Below, piece by piece: positions 56,593 to 64,000 of a DNA stretch of 64,000 nt. A model generated the notes under the pieces. It saw only the letters and a list, made by a program, of their open reading frames with translations. It was not told the DNA's origin and did not search any database. A program made the position numbers and the translations under genes. How positions within the stretch are numbered: the stretch's first letter is position 1; every line of letters begins with the position of its first letter. The stretch is from Zygnema circumcarinatum SAG 698-1b (lineage: Eukaryota > Plantae > Zygnematophyceae): the NCBI GenBank assembly GCA_037447605.1, contig CM074806.1, positions 372,001 through 436,000 on the forward strand, in the 5' to 3' direction.

Positions 56593-58699
56593 GCCTTGTA
56601 TACAGCACTCTCCTAGCCCTTTTTGGAGCTTTGAGCTTCGCAGAGCTCACATTGCATCGGTAGGGTCGGATGTGGTTGGGAGGAGGGATCGGCATGGGGT
56701 GTTTTGTAGATCTAAAATATGTTGAGGCTAAAGATTGATAGCATCCCAACATTGATAGCATCTCATTTATTGCTATTGTATGTATAGAGACGGCGATAGG
56801 ACCTATTGAAGCCCCTCAAGGTTTGTCAACATAACATCTTGAATCGCAGTTTTCTCGTTGGTCTATCTTCGTGGAACTTTACTTGGTTGACTAATAATCA
56901 ACTATGTTAATAGCAAAACTATTTTTTGAAGATCTTTAGATCGATATGGGTTCCCCAACATCTTCCCTACCACAATGCTCAATTGGCAATAGTTCTTTGC
57001 GGTCTTAGCAGTTGGTTTGGCCTTTTTTCTTGTCTATCTCAGTGCAGCATTCTTCCTAGTTTGGCAGCTCCTTATGCTTACTCTCCTCTGACATCGATGG
57101 CAAGAAGGTGGTCAGACCAGCAAAGAGGCAGTTTATTTATTGAAACAATTCAATATGTTGCGAGTAGTGCATCGAATCCCTTCTCTTGGTCATGAGAAGA
57201 CGAGGTTGAAGCAAAGGCTTGCAGTGGCAGGCTGCATGGCTAAATAAGGAATCATTGAAATACTGCATTTTCGTGTTGTTTGTATGATGCCTTGCAGGCC
57301 CTCTTCTCGATTGGCTACTCGAAAGCAAAGCAGATCGAAAATTTCTCAGCTTTGTATTGAATTCAATGAGCTCTGATGGAAGCACAATGTTGCCGCCAAC
57401 AATAGATCACGTGGAGAAACTGGAAAAAGCATTGGAGACCACGCAGCTTTAGGTGAGATTATTTGAATCATTTGCTCGCAGTTATATTTCATATTTCTTT
57501 TTTTTTTTTTTTCATATAGGAAGAAGATGGCAAGATGTTTCCCTCCAAACTCTGCGTTCTCTCTTTCGTCGTCTGCAGAATCCTCGCACATGTCTGGTGT
57601 AGGGGGGCAACATATCATAGGATGGATAGGACGAATGCTGAATGATCATAGGATGAATGCCTGCAATACAATATGGATTTGTTGTTTTCCCTTTTGATTT
57701 TTTGGCTTTGTTTAATCGATTTGTTTTGCTTTTCTTTCCTTTCCTTTTTTACACCACATGGAAAACGCAGGTATGGCATTGCTGATTGCTTGATGCTCCG
57801 CTTAGAAAGGGGAGTGCAAGCGAAGAGGATGAGAGTCAAAGCGGAGGACCGGAAAAAGAAGTCTATGCAAGAGGGAGCTCCATTTACGGGGATGGAATCT
57901 TGTGATGTTTGCAACAGTAAAGGAGCTTGGAGAAGTTCACAAAGGAGCTCGAGAATGAAAAGGCGGAGCCTGGTGAAATTTTAATGTTTGAAGAAGCACG
58001 AATCGGCGCTACTTTTACACTCATCAATACCTTGGAGGAGCAGAGAGAGCAGATCATATGGGGCTCCAGCCTACACATAGACGGCTATGAGGAATATGAG
58101 GAGATCGAGGATGGGCATGATGACGAGGAAGCACTGGTCAACCCTAATGATGACACTCGCCAGACGGTACGGATCCTCCAAAAGGGAGAGGGACTTGTTG
58201 AGGTCCGCAAGAGCCTCTTGGAGGCGCTCCATTTTGTCGTTTTGCTCCACGGGGAGAGAGGAGAGGCGCTTGGCGGGGGCTTGGGGGGAGGGCAAGTTTG
58301 AGAACAAACGAGCTGAAAAGGACAAAAGAGGAAAAACGAAGGGGGGGGAGAAAAGAAAAGAAGGGAGGGAGGGAGGAGGGAGAGAATGAGGTATGGTAAA
58401 CATGCACGATAGAGGCGCAGTAGAGGGAGGGGCAGGGGGAAGAGAGGGCGAGGGGGAGGGACGGGAGGATGGTGGGAGTGAGAGGGGGTGGGTGGAGATT
58501 GGAGAAAGGGAAGCAGAGAGGTGAAAGGGGAGGGTTAGATGGACTGAGAGGAGGACGAGAGGATATAGGGAAGGAGAGAGCGGAGGAGAGGAAAATTGAA
58601 GGGAAAGGAAGAGGAGAGAGAGGGAGGACAGGAAGATATTCAGACTGAAAGGAAGAGGAGAGAGAGGGAGGACAGGAAGATATTCAGACTGAAAGAAAG

Positions 58700-59104
58700 T
58701 GAGTGGAGGAGAGGGAGTGAGAGGGAGAGAGATAGAGCGGGAGATGTAAGGGAGAGAGAGAGGAGAGAGGAGAGAGGAGAGGGAGAGAGGAGAGAGGAGA
58801 GAGGAGAGAGGAGAGGGAGAGAGGAGAGAGGAGAGGGAGAGAGGAGAGAGGAGAGGGAGAGAGGAGAGAGGAGAGGGAGAGAGGAGAGAGGAGAGGGAGA
58901 GAGGAGAGAGGAGAGGGAGAGAGGAGAGAGGAGAGAGGAGAGAGGAGAGAGGAGAGAGGGAGAGGGGAGAGAGGAGAGGGAGAGGCGGAGAGATAACGAG
59001 AGGGAGGCAGGGAGAGAGAGAGGGAGAGCAAAAGAGAGCAGCAGAGAGGTAGAGAGAGACAGACAGCCAGAGAGAGAAAGTGAGGGAGGGAGCGAGAGAG
59101 AGAG
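58700..59104. repeat. (GAGAG/GAGGA)n purine-rich repeat
   Basis: Tandem GAGAGGAGAGGAGAGG-type units. Confidence 0.9.
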
Positions 59105-61802
59105 ATACTCACCCGAGAAATCGACAACTTCTGCGACCTTCGCTACCAAATTCATCATCAACACACGCCATCTTGCTTCTCTTCGCGCCATACTTCCAAC
59201 TAAACTGCTAGGCATTGTTCAAAAATTCAAAAATTGCTTGTCAACAAGAGACAAGGAAAAAAGCAAACGAGCCCCTGGTACAAAAAAGCGCACCAAGCTC
59301 CCATCTCCATCGAGGGTTTCAGCATCTGAAACAGAATTTTCCTTTTGGCTCTACCAAAAAGGCATCTTGCAACATACAACTCCCAACCCTAACCCATTGC
59401 GGCTTCCAGATAGTGGAGGAGGGCAGAAAGGAACCTGCCTCCCACTCCCCTCTCTCTCTGCCCTCACCCCTCACACACTCTTGCTCTTCTGTGCCCCTTT
59501 TTCTATCCCTCTCTTCCACTTTCCCTACCAAGAGAGAACTGAGGGCGGCCTTTGAGGGCCTCCCCAAAAGTATTGCTCTTCTTCTTGCCTCCAAAACCTC
59601 GTCCTGCAGAACGATAAAGGGCGTGGAAAGATCCTTCATCAACTCTGCCCAGATGCAGAAAGGAAGGGTCCTTCAAACAATCCCTACATTTGTCATCCTT
59701 TCAGTTTCTTAATTTCCACACCTCACACATTATCGCACTTTCCCTAAACAAACGGCTCTCCCTCCCGTCTGAAGTACTCTACGATTCGTCTCTGCAAGAA
59801 TTTGTCCAAACACCTTACCTTCTCGGCAAACGATTTTTTTCAACCAGTCTGAACGACCTTCATCGTCTTCTGGCAGCACACTCATTGGCACTCACTCTCT
59901 CCATGTAAACGCGGATCTGCACCCCGCCATATGAAGCACAAAACCTAAGGCCAACCGGAGCCGCCCACAGGCTCATGCACAATCAGCATCTCTTCAAACG
60001 ACCTGCCTCAAAAACCGACTGCTCTTCAGCCCTTGACAACAAAGAAGCCGAATTCTCACGACGTTTTATTACAATGTGTTTGCATTTGTCGGCGTCCCTC
60101 CAACTTCCAACAACTCACGAGGATCAACACCCTGAAAAACTCCCCAGGTTGAAGTTCACATTGCAGTCTTTTTCCGCTGAAGCAGCCCTAAAAAGGTGGG
60201 CTGTGGAACCCCTGCAGGCGCCAATACCATCCCTGTCACGTCACGTCACGTCACGTCGCAGATGGCGGGGACGAATGAGCGGATCCCGGCCCTGTAAAGC
60301 CCCGGCTACCCGGTTCAGGCCACTGTACGGAACACATTGGCAGGGCAGGCACTTGCAATTGCACTTGCGCTGTGAAACAAAGACCTCTCTCTCTCTCTCT
60401 CTCTCTCTCTCTACCAGTGCATGGCGGCCCACAAGGGGGGAGGGAGCCGGGCCTTAGTGCGAGGGTCCTCAGCGAACAGGGCCACCCATAGCAAGGGAGG
60501 GAGGGAAGCAACGCAGAGACGGTTTCAGCTGCAAATTTTCCGAACCACACGTAGGAGTCAGTGGAGAAGCCATTTCAGCAGGCTCTGGAGTCCCATTACC
60601 TCTTTTTGACCTTCTCAACCATCCTCAGGGGTCGATCACTCAGCCGAGAAGCCCACCTCAATCAGGAGACGGTCCTTATTCCAGTTCCGAGAGATGAAAA
60701 TGTACTCCGAGAACCACAATGACCACCCCATCACCTGCATGCATGTCTCGAACCCCATGCAGTCAGCCTGCTGGTAGACATCAAACACTTTTCAGAAGGC
60801 TTGGGAAAACGGGGAGAGCACTAGTAGCATATGCAGAGAATCGGGTGCTGACCGGGAAGTATTGGACGGATCTCTTCATCAATGCTCAGCCAGCACGCTG
60901 CTCCCATACCATTCCGCACTCCCGCCGACAAAGAAATCTCCCTCATTCTTAATAAGTTCCACTATCCTAAGCTGCCTTCCTTTCCTTTCCCCTCCACTTC
61001 CTATCCATTCCCTTAATCAAAAGTTTCCGATGCCGTCGACCCCGAGTTTGCAGAAAAATCTTCGCTTAAAGATTTACTTTTCCGGAATTGTTTACCTTCG
61101 GCTTTCCTCGTCTATTTTTCGCTCACATTAGCTCGAGTTTCTAATTTTTTGCGCCAACTCTGACGACTCTCTTTCGGATCCACCCGAAAGTACAGACTCT
61201 GAATCTAAGGGTGGCTAACTGGCTAACTTTTGAGCAAAGGATAAAATAATAGAACAGAAAGTCAGCACAGGCGCCTCTACCACTTTCTAGAGCTATAAAT
61301 CGCAATAGCCCGACACTCTCATCGTCGAATGAGCACTGCTTTCTTCTGACTTCAGATTTGGGTTCCATGGCTTTCGAAGCATTTTAGGGTTCCAATCCCC
61401 CCCTCGGTACCATATACACAACGGCCCGTCAGAGAGGCGCCTGCATCGAACATTCACATTCACTGAAAGACTGACTACTCTCGAGTCGACTTACGCGCTG
61501 TGTTCAAAGTGCCATAAAAACACGAAAACAAAAGAGGATGAAAGACTGAGTGGAGAGAATTTGAAGATAGTAACCCTCACTCATACTTTAAGGCCGCACC
61601 TAAATCAAACACCTGACTATTCTCCAGAACGAATTATTGATCTTCGCCAGAGTGGACTTCGCATCCTCGTAGTCTTGATCCGCCGCCTTCTGAAAATAAT
61701 ATCTCGCCTCTTTCATGTCACACAAAAGTGGTGTAAAGGCTAAGTAGACAGAATTTAGAAAAAAAAAAGCAAACACTTATACGTTATGGCCTCCCTAAGT
61801 CA

Positions 61803-64000
61803 CTAACTCCACCTTCTCCAGAACGACTTTTTCTTTTTTGCAACGATCCACGCCTTCGCATTCACGTGCCCTTGATCCGCCGCCTTCTGAAACAGCTCTG
61901 CAGCGCGATTTATGTCTCTCGTAACACCATCTCCGTTATAGTAGCACAAACCTAAATTGTTCTGGGCCGCAGACTCGCCCTTCTCTGCAGCGCGCCTATA
62001 AAGCTCAACGGCCTTTTCCATGTCCTTGGGGACTCCATCTCCGTTCTGGTAGCACCAACCTAAATTGAACTGGGCCGCAGAATGGCCCTTCTCTGCAGCG
62101 CGCCTATAAAGCTCAACGGCCTTTTCCATGTCCTTGGGGACTCCATCTCCGTTCTGGTAGCACCAACCTAAATTGAACTGGGCCGCAGAATGGCCCTTCT
62201 CTGCAGCGCGCCTAAAAAGCTCAACGGCCTTTTCCATGTCCTTGGGGACTCCATCTCCGTACATGTAGCACCAACCTAAATTGTTCTGGGCCGCAGAATG
62301 GCCCTTCTCTGCAGCGCGCCTAAACAGCTCAACGGCCTTTTCCATGTCCTTGGGGACTCCATCTCCGTTCTGGTAGCACAAACCTAAATTGTTCTGGGCC
62401 GCAGAATGGCCCTTCTCTGCAGCGCGCCTAAACAGCTCAACGGCCTTTTCCATGTCCTTGGGGACTCCATCTCCGTTCTGGTAGCACAAACCTAAATTGC
62501 TCTGGGCCGCAGAATGGCCCTTCTCTGCAGCGCGCCTATAAAGCTCAACGGCCTTTTCCATGTCCTTGGGGACTCCATCTCCGTTATAGTAGCACCAACC
62601 TAAATTGAACTGGGCCGCAGAATGGCCCTTCTCTGCAGCGCGCCTAAAAAGCTCAACGGCCTTTTCCATGTCCTTGGGGACTCCATCTCCGTTATAGTAG
62701 CACATACCTAAAGTGTACTGCGCATCACTGTCTCCCTGATCCGCCCTCATCCTTAATTCACTCACCATCTTCCGCTCCCTGTAAGGCGAATCTTCTACTT
62801 CTTTTTTTTCAAGTGCAGGCGTTTGTGCTGATCCTGCTGAATCCGGTTGCTTTCCCTTCTTTGCATCCTCCGCTGCTTTTTGCAACCGAGGCAGCACATC
62901 GCTCTCAAGACTTGGGCGAAGAGACCTCTCCTCCGCCACGCACCGCAGTGCCACGTGGAGGGCTGCCTCTGTCGGCTCCCGCCCCCACGCCCCTGCCCGC
63001 GGGTCCAGCTTCTCCATGAAGACAGCTGCCGCCTTCTCCAAGTCGCGCTTGGACTGTTCTGCCCCGCCGCTCTCGAGGAGTTCATGGATGTTCTGAATCT
63101 TGGGGTCGCCCGTGAAGAGCTGCAACATGACGAGGCCGAGGGCGAACACGTCGGCAGTGCCTGTGAGCATTCCCGTTCGTGCCTCCGGTGCCATGTACCT
63201 GTAAGGAGGCAAAATGGGGGGGACTTTTGAAGAAATGAATAAATTCCATCGCTATAAAGCAGCAGAGGATGACGGGAAGGAGAACTGCTCAAGAGGCAAC
63301 AAAACAGATTGGATTATGACGTACGGGAGAGTGCCTTTCAAACGGTCTGTTTGGATTGTGGCATCATAAAACAATTCTGCCAGGCCCATGTCCGCCAGCT
63401 TTGAGGTGAGGTTCACGTCCAATAGCACGTTCGCCGGCTTCAAGTCACAGTGGATGATACTTTGCTTGTGCATGAACAGAAGAGCTTTCGCCATCTCGGC
63501 ACATATCCGGATGCGGTCCGCCCAACCAAGGGGGGGGTACTTGGCAACAGGACCTTTCAGGCGGTCCTTGAGGCTCCCTCCGCTCATGAGCTCGCTCACA
63601 AAGCAGCGCGCTTCGGGGCTCCATTTCATGAACTGCACAATGTGGGGATGGTGCAGCCCTTTTAAAGCTTCCACCTCCTTCTCAAATTCCTCCAGGGGAC
63701 TGCCCTCATGCAGCCTCTTTACCGCCACAGGGGTGCCGTACAGCATGCCTTTGTAGACCGATCCAAAGGCTCCATTTCCAAGCAGGTTTTTTTCGGAGAA
63801 GTTGTCGGTGATGTCCGCCATTAGGCTTCCGGGAAGGGTGTCAGAAAGTGCCATTGCTCTGCGGAATCGCTTCTCATCCAGTTTTGTCCCTTTGGCAGCG
63901 ATAAGTTCAATAGTTATTTGAATGCTTTGCTCCTCTTGTGGACGATTGTCAGATACAGCACGTTCCTTCTCCTCCTTCAACTCCTCCACGAACGTTTCGA
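61803..64000 (-). CDS. Cytoplasmic RLK/Pelle-type kinase (non-RD) fused to 8 C-terminal Sel1-like repeats; 5'-partial; exons >64000..63325 and 63198..61803
   Basis: GNGAFGSVY, VAVKR, HCDLKPANVLLD, LADMGLA, GTLP|YMAPE (phase-2 intron 63324..63199), ADVFALG, LDPRAGAW...RPSLESDVLPRL, followed by 36-aa AQxNLGxCYxNGDGVPKDMEKAVELxRRAAEKGH repeats. Confidence 0.92.
61866..62729 (-). repeat. 8 x 108-bp coding tandem repeat (Sel1-like repeats)
   Basis: Units 2-7 are nearly identical at DNA level; units 1 and 8 are more diverged. Confidence 0.95.

Noticed and set aside
59105-61000. Coding-like low-repeat sequence with a minus-strand donor-like site at ~59110
   Set aside because: I could not assemble a consistent frame or find any motif.

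Overview
Eukaryotic, intron-rich, microsatellite-laden genomic DNA with four 10-N scaffold gaps. The gene set (RLK/Pelle kinases, ATL RING-H2, nodulin-like MFS, SMG7, NYN/LOTUS nuclease, plus GCAT/kbl and a Sel1-repeat kinase) points to a green plant lineage, most likely a streptophyte alga (inference). I reconstructed spliced models by hand, checking frame and phase at each junction, for: SMG7 (5' end outside window), ATL RING-H2 ligase, a pyrophosphatase-fold protein lacking catalytic residues, GCAT/kbl (3' part duplicated across a gap, probably an assembly artefact), ISCU, a NYN+2xLOTUS nuclease, a short-ectodomain RLK, two convergent paralogs of a secreted Pro-rich protein with an unrecognised Cys/Trp domain, an intronless SDR, a 14-exon MFS gene, a CDPK-like pseudogene and a kinase with 8 Sel1-like repeats (5' end outside window). 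Two MITEs with intact TIR/TSD sit nested in dispersed repeats. Best leads: (1) a non-RD RLCK-IX-like kinase ending in near-identical 108-bp Sel1 repeats that vary almost only at a few non-synonymous sites, resembling an immune receptor; (2) the palindrome CCACGTGG iterated about two dozen times, including inside exons in all three frames; (3) the pseudo-pyrophosphatase; (4) the inverted secreted-protein pair; (5) intronic TTAGGG and 17-bp satellite arrays. Most long ORFs in the supplied track are translations of microsatellites.
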